Assembly: GCA_963668025.2 (NCBI GenBank)
Contig: CAXXTH010000023.1
Location: 288,001-352,000, forward strand
Reading direction: 5' to 3'
Source: Candidatus Hydrogenedentota bacterium
Lineage (GTDB): Bacteria > Hydrogenedentota > Hydrogenedentia > Hydrogenedentales > SLHB01
DNA: 64,000 nt
Position 1 is the stretch's first letter. Each line of letters opens with the position of its first letter. This document shows positions 19,218-28,403 of this stretch, piece after piece. The notes below the pieces were generated by a model. The model was not told the DNA's origin and did not search any database. It was given only the letters and a program-made list of their open reading frames with translations. The position numbers were made by a program, and so were the translations under genes.

Positions 19218-19742
19218 CTATTGATCAACCGCCAGGAATTCTTTGTGTGTGACTTTTAGGATGCGGTTTTCGGGATTTTTGCCGCCCTGGATTTGATCCA
19301 GTATTTCGCTACAGCGTAATAATGCTTGCTTTTGGATGTTTTTAAGCAGCATCGGATCATCAAGCTGTTCGCGGGTATGGTGGCTGTGGAGTTCGCGAAG
19401 CTCATCCACAAACCAAGCTTTATTGTTGGTGATAAGATCAGCGGTTGCTTGGTTGGAGCAGTAAAACGAAACGGCGTACATGACCAACGAGGCGGGCAGA
19501 TTGCTGCCTGGCGGCATAACCGCCGTGGTGCTGGCCGAATCAAAGTCTATCCACACGGCGGTAGGTGGAAACTCCGACAGCGCAGGATCAGGTTCTTTTG
19601 GTTTATCTGATAGCATGGGCGCCAGCACCATTTTGTACAATAGCAGCGCTACAATAGCCGCCGCGAGCCCTGCGGATCCAATCATGATGAGCAGGCGAAC
19701 AAGCGAAGAGGATTTCTTTTTGGATGCTGGTTCTTCTGACAT
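19218..19742 (-). CDS. fliL: Flagellar basal body-associated protein FliL
   Basis: N-terminal TM, size, position after motB, C-terminal ILKV...EF..Q. Confidence 0.7.
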   Translation of the reverse strand: MSEEPASKKKSSSLVRLLIMIGSAGLAAAIVALLLYKMVLAPMLSDKPKEPDPALSEFPPTAVWIDFDSASTTAVMPPGSNLPASLVMYAVSFYCSNQATADLITNNKAWFVDELRELHSHHTREQLDDPMLLKNIQKQALLRCSEILDQIQGGKNPENRILKVTHKEFLAVDQ

Positions 19743-19748
19743 GCTGTC

Positions 19749-20573
19749 CTACCTTATTTCGTTGGCGTTGGTTCCAATATCGATATCAATGGGCGGGGGG
19801 CCTTTAGGGGCCTCGCCGCCGCCCAATTGGTTGACGCTATCTTCTATCTGTTTTTTCATCTCACCCGGAAATTCACCCCGAATGAACAAATCGACGCGCC
19901 GGTTTTTTTGCCGCCCTTCCTCGGTCTCGTTCGTGGCGATAGGCTGCGAGTCGCCACAGGCGATGGTCTCAAACGCATCTTGTTTGAGTTTTTCCGAACT
20001 GGCCAAAAATGACATCACTGCTTTTGCCCGATTATAGCTCAAATCTAAATTATCGTTGAATTGAGGGGCATTTCGCAATGGGCGATTGTCGGTATGCCCC
20101 CGCACCTCAATAAAGGCCCCAGGGGCTGGTGATAATACCGATGCAACTTGGTTGAGGATACTGCTGGCTTCCGGGAGCAACACGGCGCTGCTGGTATCAA
20201 AAAGGACATTGCTGGGAAGGCTAATCAGCACACCGCCTTGCTCATTATCCATGCCGACCTTAATTTCGCCTGCTAACGCCTTTACGTCAAGCATTTTCTG
20301 GAGGTCGCGGGCCATGCGCTGCATATCTTCCTTAGTGATACGCGATTGCTTGGCGCTAGGCGGCGAGGTGAGAAGCCCGAGCCCTCCTGGGAGCACGCCC
20401 AGTGCGCCGCGCAGAGAAGAAAGGGCCTCTTGAAACTCTTTCTCGTTTATGGAGGAGAAGGAGAGCAGTAAGATGAAGAAGGTGAGCAAAAGGCCCATCA
20501 TATCGCCATAGGTCACCATCCACCCTGGCGCGCCTTCAGGCTGGGCTTGTTCCTTTTTTTTCCGCTCCCCCAT
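19749..20573 (-). CDS. motB: Stator protein MotB
   Basis: WMVTYGDMMGLLLTFFILL plug motif; OmpA-like GHTD...N..LS..RA and NRRV. Confidence 0.95.
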   Translation of the reverse strand: MGERKKKEQAQPEGAPGWMVTYGDMMGLLLTFFILLLSFSSINEKEFQEALSSLRGALGVLPGGLGLLTSPPSAKQSRITKEDMQRMARDLQKMLDVKALAGEIKVGMDNEQGGVLISLPSNVLFDTSSAVLLPEASSILNQVASVLSPAPGAFIEVRGHTDNRPLRNAPQFNDNLDLSYNRAKAVMSFLASSEKLKQDAFETIACGDSQPIATNETEEGRQKNRRVDLFIRGEFPGEMKKQIEDSVNQLGGGEAPKGPPPIDIDIGTNANEIR

Positions 20574-20583
20574 ACTCAGCGCC

Positions 20584-21354
20584 TCACTTGCCGATGTGAA
20601 TGCGCGCCCGAATTGATGGCGCCACGAAGGCTTTCAGTTTTTGCTCGACCACCCGGGGATTATCTCCGGATTGAATGGATAATATACCTTCGATGATGAC
20701 TTCTTTAAGAAGCAATTCATTGCTTGTTCGGATTTTGAGTTTGCCAGCGGCGGGCAAACAGAACACATTTGCAATGAGGGAGCCGTATAAGGTGGTGATC
20801 ATGGCGGTGGCCATGCCTGCGCCGATGGAAGAAGGGTCATTCAGTGAGACAAGCATTTGAATAAGACCGATCAGCGTGCCGATCATGCCGAATGCGGGCG
20901 CATAAGTGCCCATGGCGATAAGGATGGATTGCCCCATGGCGTGCCGATCCTCCATGAAGGCGAGTTCCGTGGTTAATATGTCCTTGATCAGCTCGGGGGC
21001 GGTGCCATCAATGGCGAGCTGGATGCTATTTTCGAGAAAGGGATCTCCCGCATTGCTTGCGTGGCTTTCTAGGGCAAGTATGCCTTCTCGCCGGGCGATT
21101 GTGGCGAATTGAACCAGTTTCTCAATGACTTGTTGAGGAGCCAGCTCCCTCTGGAGGAATGCATTTTTAACGGAAGCTAACACATTGAGCAAATCGGATA
21201 AGGGATAGTTTATGAGCGTTACGGCAAGGGTGCCTCCACAGGTAATCAGAATAGAAGGAACATCAAAGAAAATTAACGGCGAACCGCCCATTATAATGGC
21301 TGATACGATTAAGCCCACCCCTGCGACTAAACCGATAAGTGTTGCGATATCCAT
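20584..21354 (-). CDS. motA: Stator protein MotA
   Basis: ARREGILALE, APAFGMIGTLIGL, TTLYG, IQSGDNPR. Confidence 0.95.
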   Translation of the reverse strand: MDIATLIGLVAGVGLIVSAIIMGGSPLIFFDVPSILITCGGTLAVTLINYPLSDLLNVLASVKNAFLQRELAPQQVIEKLVQFATIARREGILALESHASNAGDPFLENSIQLAIDGTAPELIKDILTTELAFMEDRHAMGQSILIAMGTYAPAFGMIGTLIGLIQMLVSLNDPSSIGAGMATAMITTLYGSLIANVFCLPAAGKLKIRTSNELLLKEVIIEGILSIQSGDNPRVVEQKLKAFVAPSIRARIHIGK

Positions 21355-21467
21355 GTGTGCTATAACCTCGTATCAGAACTGGAGCTTCATCCCCTGCCAT
21401 CATGTTGGCCATTCTAACATCTCGCTTCCGCCGCCACAACGTTCCGAATGACTGTAGGTTAACGTTT

Positions 21468-21504
21468 AAAATAAAAAAGCCGGGAGGCGGCTGCCTCCCG
21501 GCTT
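21468..21504 (-). terminator. Intrinsic terminator after flgE
   Basis: Perfect 12-bp stem AAGCCGGGAGGC / GCCTCCCGGCTT with a U-tract on the minus strand. Confidence 0.85.
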
Positions 21505-21526
21505 GAAAGCCGAATCTGTATGTGAA

Positions 21527-23140
21527 TTACCGGACCAAATTGACGGCTTCTTGCAGCAGCGTATCGGCGGTTGTGATGGTGCGGGCGTTTGCCTGATAGC
21601 CGCGCTGGGTGAGGATAAGGTTGCTAAACTCCGTGGCCAGGTCCACATTCGAGCTTTCGAGCGTGCCGCCAGCGATGGAGCCGCGCCCACCCGTGCTGGG
21701 CAGGCCGATTTGGGCTAGGCCTGAGGCGCTTGTTTCCGCGAATTGGTTGTCGCCCGTTCGGACCAGCCCGCCATTATTCGAGAAGGTGGCCGTGGCGACT
21801 TGCCCGACTACGCGGGTAAGGCCGTTCGAGTAAACAGCGTTGATGGTGCCGTCACTCGCGAAATCATAGCTCTCCAAAACGCCGCGAGGATAGCCGTTTT
21901 GGGAGAACACGTCGGCGTCGCTTGTGCCCGAAAGCTGTGTCAAATCACCAAAGTCGAAGGTGAATAGCAGCGGATCTGTGGGAACAGAGGCGCTAGTATC
22001 CACGAAATCAACCGAAACATTGCCCGTGCCGCCCGAGAGGATTTGGCCGTCCGTGCCAAAACGCAAGGTGCCGCCAGCCACTATCGAGCTAATATCCGTA
22101 TCCGAAACGGCGGGCGGGTCATAGGCGGTAAGATTGGTGTCGGACGCCACTTGTGTCATGAGCGAGAAATCCATGTCCATGTTTAATGTGGAACCATCCG
22201 TGAACGTGATATCCACCGTGCCAGTCGTTGTGCCCGAGATGCGGCCATTCGAAGGCGATGTGGAATCAAAGGTCACTGTCCCGCTGCCGGTAATGCTGGA
22301 GGTGGAATCAGCGCTCGATGTGGCATAACTCCAAGTATCCGCGGCGGTCTTTGTGAAGGTGAGGATCACGGAGCGTGTGGTGCCTTCGGAGTCGGTCACT
22401 TCGACGGAGCGTTCGACGGTGTCGCCCACGGCGGCGTCCGCATCCAGGTTGCCCACAAAGTCCGCTTGGTCGCCACTGGCGGCTTTCCAGGTCCATTCAT
22501 TGGTTTCAGGCGCCTTTACGAGCATCAACGTGACTTCCCGTTCCGTACCGAGTGAGTCATATACTTGGACTGTCCGTTCGACGACCGTGCCGACATCCGC
22601 ATCTGAATCCAAGTTTCCAGTGAAGTCTACATTGGAGGTGGCTTCGACAATAGCTGCGCCGCCAACGGGAATCTTGATGTTGGTGATGCCCGATGCGGTG
22701 TCGATCACCCCGTTTTCGTCGGCCAGATAGCCCTGGACATACTGCCCCGTGGAAGGCTCAATGAGATAGCCTTGTGAATTCACTTCGAATGAACCATCGC
22801 GGGTGTAAGTGAGCGAGCCGCCGTCGCTAAGCACGAAAAAGCCATTGCCTTCAATAGCGAGGTCGGTGCTGGTGCCGGTGGTGTTGTAGGAGCCGTTATT
22901 GAAATCGGTGCTGATCGAGCCAGTTTTTACGCCGAGGCCCACTTGTATGGCATTGGTGCCGCCATTGGTCCCGGACGCGCCGCTGGCTCCTTGAAGGGTC
23001 TGGTAGAACACGTCTTCGAATTGGACACTCGAGCTGCGATAGCCGGTCGTGTTGACATTGGCGATGTTATTCGCGATGACATCAAGGCTTTGTTGATGGG
23101 CTTGCAAGCCCGATAAGCCCGTAAATAATGCTGTTCCCAT
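21527..23140 (-). CDS. flgE: Flagellar hook protein FlgE
   Basis: GLSGL...LDVIANNIANVNTTGY, TDLAIEGNGFF, YTRDGSF, LESSNVDLATEF...QRGYQANA. Confidence 0.95.
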   Translation of the reverse strand: MGTALFTGLSGLQAHQQSLDVIANNIANVNTTGYRSSSVQFEDVFYQTLQGASGASGTNGGTNAIQVGLGVKTGSISTDFNNGSYNTTGTSTDLAIEGNGFFVLSDGGSLTYTRDGSFEVNSQGYLIEPSTGQYVQGYLADENGVIDTASGITNIKIPVGGAAIVEATSNVDFTGNLDSDADVGTVVERTVQVYDSLGTEREVTLMLVKAPETNEWTWKAASGDQADFVGNLDADAAVGDTVERSVEVTDSEGTTRSVILTFTKTAADTWSYATSSADSTSSITGSGTVTFDSTSPSNGRISGTTTGTVDITFTDGSTLNMDMDFSLMTQVASDTNLTAYDPPAVSDTDISSIVAGGTLRFGTDGQILSGGTGNVSVDFVDTSASVPTDPLLFTFDFGDLTQLSGTSDADVFSQNGYPRGVLESYDFASDGTINAVYSNGLTRVVGQVATATFSNNGGLVRTGDNQFAETSASGLAQIGLPSTGGRGSIAGGTLESSNVDLATEFSNLILTQRGYQANARTITTADTLLQEAVNLVR

Positions 23141-23210
23141 TCTGATTTCCTCCATGCGCCGCATCGGTCATTCAGCGGTGCTTAAGCCTCCCCCGTGGGG
23201 GTCCGGCGGT

Positions 23211-23648
23211 TCATTCCATTGTTTCTGTTGCCGTGGACGCTTTTGCGACCACGACGGCGCTGTCGATGTTCGTGAAGACCGTATCCGCGGTTTCACCGCG
23301 TGGCACGGCCGTTATGATGGTTCTGTTGGGCACGCTGGCCACCAGCGACAAGCCGTCCATGATGAGCAGCGATTCTTTCGAGCCTTTGGCCGCGGCTTCA
23401 TCCAGCGCCCTTGCAATGTCGGCATGGTCGCTGGCGTCGAGGGCGATGCTGCGCTGCACCATGCGCGCGGCGGCATGGGCGGAGAAACGGATGCTCTCCC
23501 TGTTATTCGTATCTGGAGTATCCGAGGGCATAGCCTCGCCGAGGACGCTCGAGAACGAAACGCCTTTGGGCGCAGACCGGTTTCCTGTTGGAGTCCGGGA
23601 GGCGTTATCCCGGATGTTCTTGGATTCGAGTTGTATTTGAGCGACCAT
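23211..23648 (-). CDS. Flagellar operon protein (TIGR02530 family)
   Basis: FSAHAAARM.QR.I, KGSKESL, NRTIITA, VFTNIDSAV; typical position between flgD and flgE. Confidence 0.9.
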   Translation of the reverse strand: MVAQIQLESKNIRDNASRTPTGNRSAPKGVSFSSVLGEAMPSDTPDTNNRESIRFSAHAAARMVQRSIALDASDHADIARALDEAAAKGSKESLLIMDGLSLVASVPNRTIITAVPRGETADTVFTNIDSAVVVAKASTATETME

Positions 23649-23652
23649 AGGC

Positions 23653-24285
23653 TTACTCGATCAGTTGAATATCGTCCACGGCGATGGCTTGTTCGCCTAC
23701 GCAGGCGTACGCCACACCATCAGATAAATAAATGCTCTCCACTTCGCCGTTGACGGTTTCTCCCTCCGTATCCGTTCCATAAATGTTTTTTCCAATCAGA
23801 TTACTGGCGCTTACTAGATTTTGCTGGGTCATCGTGGCGGACAACTCTTCAAAGCTCTCATTGAGGTTGGTCATTTGTTCGAGCGCGGAGAATTGGGCCA
23901 GATTGGCGATCATATCCTCATTACTCACCGGATCTAGCGGATCTTGGTATTGCATCTGCGTCACGAGAAGCTGGAGGAATTCATCTTTCCCTAGTTCTGT
24001 GTTTGTGCTTGTTGTTGATGTGGTGTCCGTGTCGGAATCCGTACTTTTTGTCTCGGATGTACTTTTTGTTCCGGATGTACTTGATGAAGAGGAACTATTT
24101 GTCCTGGAGAGGCTCTTTTTTGCTTCTTCAGAAAGGACTTCCTCGGTTTCAGGCTTTTTGCCCTGCAAGCCTCGCAATGTGGCGTTCATGTTTGCCAAGA
24201 GCTTCTGTTGGACTTCTTGCCGCTCTCGTGAAGTGGGGCTTAGCGTGCCGGCCACATTGGAGCGGAATTGCACTAGTGCATTCAT
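23653..24285 (-). CDS. flgD: Hook capping protein FlgD
   Basis: LGKDEFLQLLVTQMQYQDPLDP...LAQFSALEQMTNLN. Confidence 0.95.
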   Translation of the reverse strand: MNALVQFRSNVAGTLSPTSRERQEVQQKLLANMNATLRGLQGKKPETEEVLSEEAKKSLSRTNSSSSSSTSGTKSTSETKSTDSDTDTTSTTSTNTELGKDEFLQLLVTQMQYQDPLDPVSNEDMIANLAQFSALEQMTNLNESFEELSATMTQQNLVSASNLIGKNIYGTDTEGETVNGEVESIYLSDGVAYACVGEQAIAVDDIQLIE

Positions 24286-24343
24286 GGCATGTTCCTTTCC
24301 TTTCCAGAGACGCCGGATTTCTGATGAAATCTGAGGCGTCTAG

Positions 24344-27214
24344 TTATACGAAGACATTGAGCGCGCCTTCATGGCGGCTGCCGCGCGCCGTGCGCGGTGA
24401 GGAATTGGTTTGCGCTTCTGAATAAAAGGGGCGCGTGTGTGCAGGCATGGATTGGGGCGTTGCGGGAGAGCCTTGGCGGCCCATCGAGCCTGATGTGTCT
24501 TGCCCGGAACTCATCTGGGCGGACACCGAGACGTTTGTCTTATCGATGCCATCCAGCGCCAGATTCTGGCGAAGGTGAGGGGCCTGCGCTTCGAGGAGCT
24601 CTCGAACGCCCGCATTCGAGGAAGCTAGGCGGATGTTCATGGAGTCCTGCGAGTGCGTCACTTCGATGCGGACTTCTCCCAGAGAAGCGGGCGACAGCCG
24701 CACCGTGATGGTTTGTTCGCCGTCCGGAGCCGTGAGGCGTATGCTGCGAATGGCCGTATCGCCCAGTGTTTCCAGTGTGGCGTGTTCGATAATGGGAGCA
24801 GCCGCAGGGACGCTGGTTTGAATAGTAGAGGTGCGCACCTCTATTTGCGAAGGCGGCGCTTGTTGCATTGCGGCAGTTGATGCAGACGCTTCCGGGCTTG
24901 CGGAGGCGTCCATGGATTGGCCTGCAACCGCTCCTGCTTGGGTAATAGGCGCGGTCTGCTTGCTTGGCTCAGTCGATTCTAGTTCGTATTGAGCCCGGCT
25001 TTTTGGCAAGATGCGCACGCTGCTCTCATTTGCCTCTTCTGGGACGGCGTTATCAAGCGTTTCGGAAGAGTCTGTTGTATTGCTTGATGGCGCGGCTTCC
25101 TCTGTAAGTGATGAGCCCGTATCTGAACTCTTGGATTGGGCATTTGCCGTGGCGGTTTCCCCTGTTACTTCAAAGGTTACATTTTCGGTTTCTGCCGCCA
25201 TGTCGTTTTCGACAATATAACTAGCGTTGCTGGCCAGTGGTTTCTGAGATTCCGCAGGCATTTTTACTGCCACCGCCGTCTCCACCGTCTCCGGCTGCGC
25301 CAGATCATCCGCCATTTGCACAATCGTGGATTGAGCTGTGCTGCGGGCGGGCGGCGGTGTTTGCTCGCTGGAGAGTGTTGGGAGAACGGTTTTTTCAGCA
25401 CCGCTAGGGGTTGATGAAGCCGCATCAGGCTCCTTAGCAGCGGAAGGCGTGTCCGCCACCTTGGGCGTAGCGCCGGTGGCCTCGATTTTGGTTTCAACGG
25501 TTTGGTGCGCTGATTTTACCTCTTCAAGAGCTTTTGGAACAGCCTCGCCAGTATTCTGCCCCTGTGCCGCAGGTTGCGTGCTATTTGGTGCGGAACTGGC
25601 AGGGATGGCTTCTTTTTGTGCTGTAGGCTCCGGCGCAGTTGCATTCACGATTTCAACCGTGGAGGAGTCTTGCTGGATATAGACTGCTTCTTCAGCGGGA
25701 GTGGATTCCTTCACTGTTGCTCTTGTTGCTGCTACAGTTGCTTCAGTTGCTATTTTGGGGAGCGCTACGGCGGATTCAACGCTATTTTGTTCCGCAACCA
25801 TTGAAGCTTCTGTATCTGCCACGGGAGTTGCCGCGTTTGCAGCAGGCGTTGTTACTGCATATTTCACTGTGGATTCAGTCTTTTGCACGGGCGTGCTGGC
25901 TGTTGCATCTGTGTCTGCTGCGGGAGTTGCCGCGTTTGCAGCAGGCGTTGTTACTGCATATTTCACTGTGGATTCAGCCTTTTGCACGGGCGTGCTGGCA
26001 GTTGCATCTGTATTTGCTGCGGGAGTTGCCGCGTTTACGGAAGGCGTTGCTACCGTATATTTTACTGTGGATTCAGCCTTTTGCACGGGCGTGCTGGCTG
26101 TTGCATCTGTATTTGCTACGGGAGTTGCCGCATTTACGGAAGGCGTTGCTACCGTATATTTTACTGTGGATTCAGCCTTTTGCACTGGCGTGTTTGCAGT
26201 TGCATCTGTATTTGCTACGGGAGTTGCCGCGTTTGCGGAAGGCGTTGTTACCGCATATTTCACTGTGGATTCAGTCTTTTGCACGGGCGTGTTTGCAGTT
26301 GCATCTGTATTTGCTACGGGAGTTGCCGCGTTTGCGGAAGGCGTTGCCACCGTATATTTTACTGTGGATTCAGCCTTTTGCACGGGCGCGCTTGCAGTTG
26401 CATCCGTTTTCACCGGTATGCTTGCTGGCGTGCCTGTTTCAACCGGCGTTTGCTGAAATGCTGCAATTACCGTTTCCGTGTTGGAGGCTTTTGTTGGATA
26501 TACCGGGGAATATTTTGCGGACGTATTCACCGCGCTTGTTTCTGTTGCTATAGGTGATGGCAGCCGATTGACACCGTCCGGGCTTGATGAGCTGGACGGC
26601 AATACTGCCGCCAACTGAGCCAACTGCCGTGAAGTGCCGCCGGTTTCCGCCAGCCCGGAATCCTCCATTGCGCTGGCATTCTGAAGTGATTCCGCCGCCG
26701 GCATGACTGGCAGGGCGGATGCGGTTTGAACCACTTGTGCGAGAAGCGCTTCGAACTGCTCCCGGCCCATCGGTTCTTTTGACTCGGTGGAACTGGCTGC
26801 TTCTTGTTGTTCCGCCTCGGGACTGGATGGCTGAGAACTTGATAATGCTTTGGCTAGTGCTGAAACCAACGCCGAGGCGCTTGTTTCTTCCGCGCCGCAT
26901 GATTCGATGCCCGCGGCATCAAGCAGTTGCTCCCATAATGCGGCGGCCTGCTCTTCCGGCATGCCTTCCGGGTTCGCTGCGGCTTCCGCCACAATAGCCT
27001 CTAGCGCATGGTTCACTTCTTGTGAAAAACCGGCCAATTCCAGGGATGTGGTGGAATTGGCTAAAGCGGTTGCCGGTTGTGTTTGCTCTGGTCCAAGCAA
27101 GGCCATCAACTCGGAGAGGAATTGCCCTGCTTTTCCTGTGGTGTCTAGCGAGTTCTTGGTTGAACCGCCAGACGCCGCAGCAATTCCAGGCATTAGTAAT
27201 GACGTGATTTGCAC
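24344..27214 (-). CDS. fliK: Hook-length control protein FliK (~956 aa)
   Basis: RBS AGGAGGTGA before GTG 27214; A/T/S/P-rich disordered body; C-terminal VRLSPASLGEVRIEV...LRQNL Flg_hook domain; upstream of flgD. Confidence 0.9.
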   Translation of the reverse strand: MQITSLLMPGIAAASGGSTKNSLDTTGKAGQFLSELMALLGPEQTQPATALANSTTSLELAGFSQEVNHALEAIVAEAAANPEGMPEEQAAALWEQLLDAAGIESCGAEETSASALVSALAKALSSSQPSSPEAEQQEAASSTESKEPMGREQFEALLAQVVQTASALPVMPAAESLQNASAMEDSGLAETGGTSRQLAQLAAVLPSSSSSPDGVNRLPSPIATETSAVNTSAKYSPVYPTKASNTETVIAAFQQTPVETGTPASIPVKTDATASAPVQKAESTVKYTVATPSANAATPVANTDATANTPVQKTESTVKYAVTTPSANAATPVANTDATANTPVQKAESTVKYTVATPSVNAATPVANTDATASTPVQKAESTVKYTVATPSVNAATPAANTDATASTPVQKAESTVKYAVTTPAANAATPAADTDATASTPVQKTESTVKYAVTTPAANAATPVADTEASMVAEQNSVESAVALPKIATEATVAATRATVKESTPAEEAVYIQQDSSTVEIVNATAPEPTAQKEAIPASSAPNSTQPAAQGQNTGEAVPKALEEVKSAHQTVETKIEATGATPKVADTPSAAKEPDAASSTPSGAEKTVLPTLSSEQTPPPARSTAQSTIVQMADDLAQPETVETAVAVKMPAESQKPLASNASYIVENDMAAETENVTFEVTGETATANAQSKSSDTGSSLTEEAAPSSNTTDSSETLDNAVPEEANESSVRILPKSRAQYELESTEPSKQTAPITQAGAVAGQSMDASASPEASASTAAMQQAPPSQIEVRTSTIQTSVPAAAPIIEHATLETLGDTAIRSIRLTAPDGEQTITVRLSPASLGEVRIEVTHSQDSMNIRLASSNAGVRELLEAQAPHLRQNLALDGIDKTNVSVSAQMSSGQDTSGSMGRQGSPATPQSMPAHTRPFYSEAQTNSSPRTARGSRHEGALNVFV
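25814..26407 (-). repeat. Six tandem 99-bp (33-aa) repeats inside fliK
   Basis: Unit TDATA(S/N)(A/T)PVQK(A/T)ESTVKY(T/A)V(A/T)TP(S/A)(A/V)NAATP(V/A)A(N/D); GGGAGTTGCC recurs at 25823, 25922, 26021 and onward. Confidence 0.95.
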
Positions 27215-27363
27215 TTGTTTCACCTCCTTTCCAGGTAGATGGTGAGAACGGTTTCGATGCGCACTCCGTTCATGCGCGGATGGGGTGTGATGGAAATACA
27301 ACGATGGATTGGTCTGAGTATTCTTGGCATGGCTGGGGCGGCCATGTTACGACGAGGGAGGGA

Positions 27364-27936
27364 TTATTGTTCGAGATTTTTCAGTTCTTCGAGGAGCGTT
27401 GCTTGCAGCTTCGGCTCATCAATCTTGCTGAGAATGCGCGCCCGTTTTTTTTCGTCTGGGAGTGAATTGAGCAGCTTGGCCGCCTCCCGCGCCCGGTCGG
27501 GCAGATAGGTCTGCAAAATAGCCGCCGCTTTGCTGTCGTCCATGGCGACGAGGGTGTCCGCCATTCGTTTGAGGCCCGCGATTTCATTTTCTTTGGTTTT
27601 TTGATCCACAGGAGGTGGCTGGGATGCGGCATTGGCCGCTTCAAATTTGCCTAATAGGCGTTCGATGTCGGTCTGTACAGTCACCAGGCGTTGTTCGCGT
27701 TCTTGCACCTGTTTTTGTTTTTCTTCGAGCACGCGTTTTTGCTCTTTCATTTCGCGCGAATACACACTGAGGTCATCTTCTTTTGGCTCTTCCGCGGCCA
27801 CTGTTTCGGGTTTCTGGCCTGGGAGCAATTTCTGAAAGGTTTCTTTATTCAGTTGGCCCGTGGCGGATAAAACACCCACGATAGTGCCCACAAAGGCCAG
27901 CAAGAAAATAAGGCCTATTAGGAGGGTGAACTTCAC
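27364..27936 (-). CDS. MotE/YlxF/FlbB-like flagellar protein (MgtE_N-like)
   Basis: N-terminal TM, coiled coil, MD..KAAAIL...A.ILSKI motif; lies between fliJ and fliK. Confidence 0.7.
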   Translation of the reverse strand: MKFTLLIGLIFLLAFVGTIVGVLSATGQLNKETFQKLLPGQKPETVAAEEPKEDDLSVYSREMKEQKRVLEEKQKQVQEREQRLVTVQTDIERLLGKFEAANAASQPPPVDQKTKENEIAGLKRMADTLVAMDDSKAAAILQTYLPDRAREAAKLLNSLPDEKKRARILSKIDEPKLQATLLEELKNLEQ

Positions 27937-28397
27937 GATTCCCGGCTCCTTTCCCGAGCCGCCGCCGAGCGGTTCACGGCGACTTCATCGGATGCTTTCT
28001 GTTCTTCCCCCGCGATAAACGCTTGCAGTTCGTTGATATGGCGTTCTTTCAGGCGTTCTACAATGTGCTTGGCGCGGCTGGCTTTTTCGAGAGTGCGGCG
28101 GCGTTGTTCTTCTTGTTTTCGGAGTACTGCGATCTCCGAGTCTTTCTCGACTGCCCGCCGGGCGAGATGCCGTTCATATAGGTAATAGCGCCCCACGTGG
28201 CTGGCGTCGAATTGCTCGCTCGTGGCGGCGGAGGCTTCAACGAGCGTATGGAATTGTTCGGCTTCGATGTTTTGACGCTCTTCCGCCGCGCGCTGAAGGG
28301 CCAGGCGTGTTTGGGCAAGCTCCTGGGCCTTTTGGTTTTCTTGAAGCTCCCGCACCCGAAGCAAGGTGGCATATCGAAATTGTTTTCGGACCGGCAT
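27933..28397 (-). CDS. fliJ: Flagellar export chaperone FliJ
   Basis: FRYATLLRVRE.QE, coiled coil, EQK..DE; follows fliI. Confidence 0.85.
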   Translation of the reverse strand: MPVRKQFRYATLLRVRELQENQKAQELAQTRLALQRAAEERQNIEAEQFHTLVEASAATSEQFDASHVGRYYLYERHLARRAVEKDSEIAVLRKQEEQRRRTLEKASRAKHIVERLKERHINELQAFIAGEEQKASDEVAVNRSAAARERSRES

Positions 28398-28403
28398 CGG
28401 TTT

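Noticed and set aside
25883-26557. Cys-rich repetitive ORF (GSCRVCGRRCYRIFHCGFSLLH repeats) resembling a multi-core RiPP precursor, plus the 25639 and 25701 ORFs
   Set aside because: Antisense shadows of the 99-bp repeat inside fliK; no independent RBS or context.
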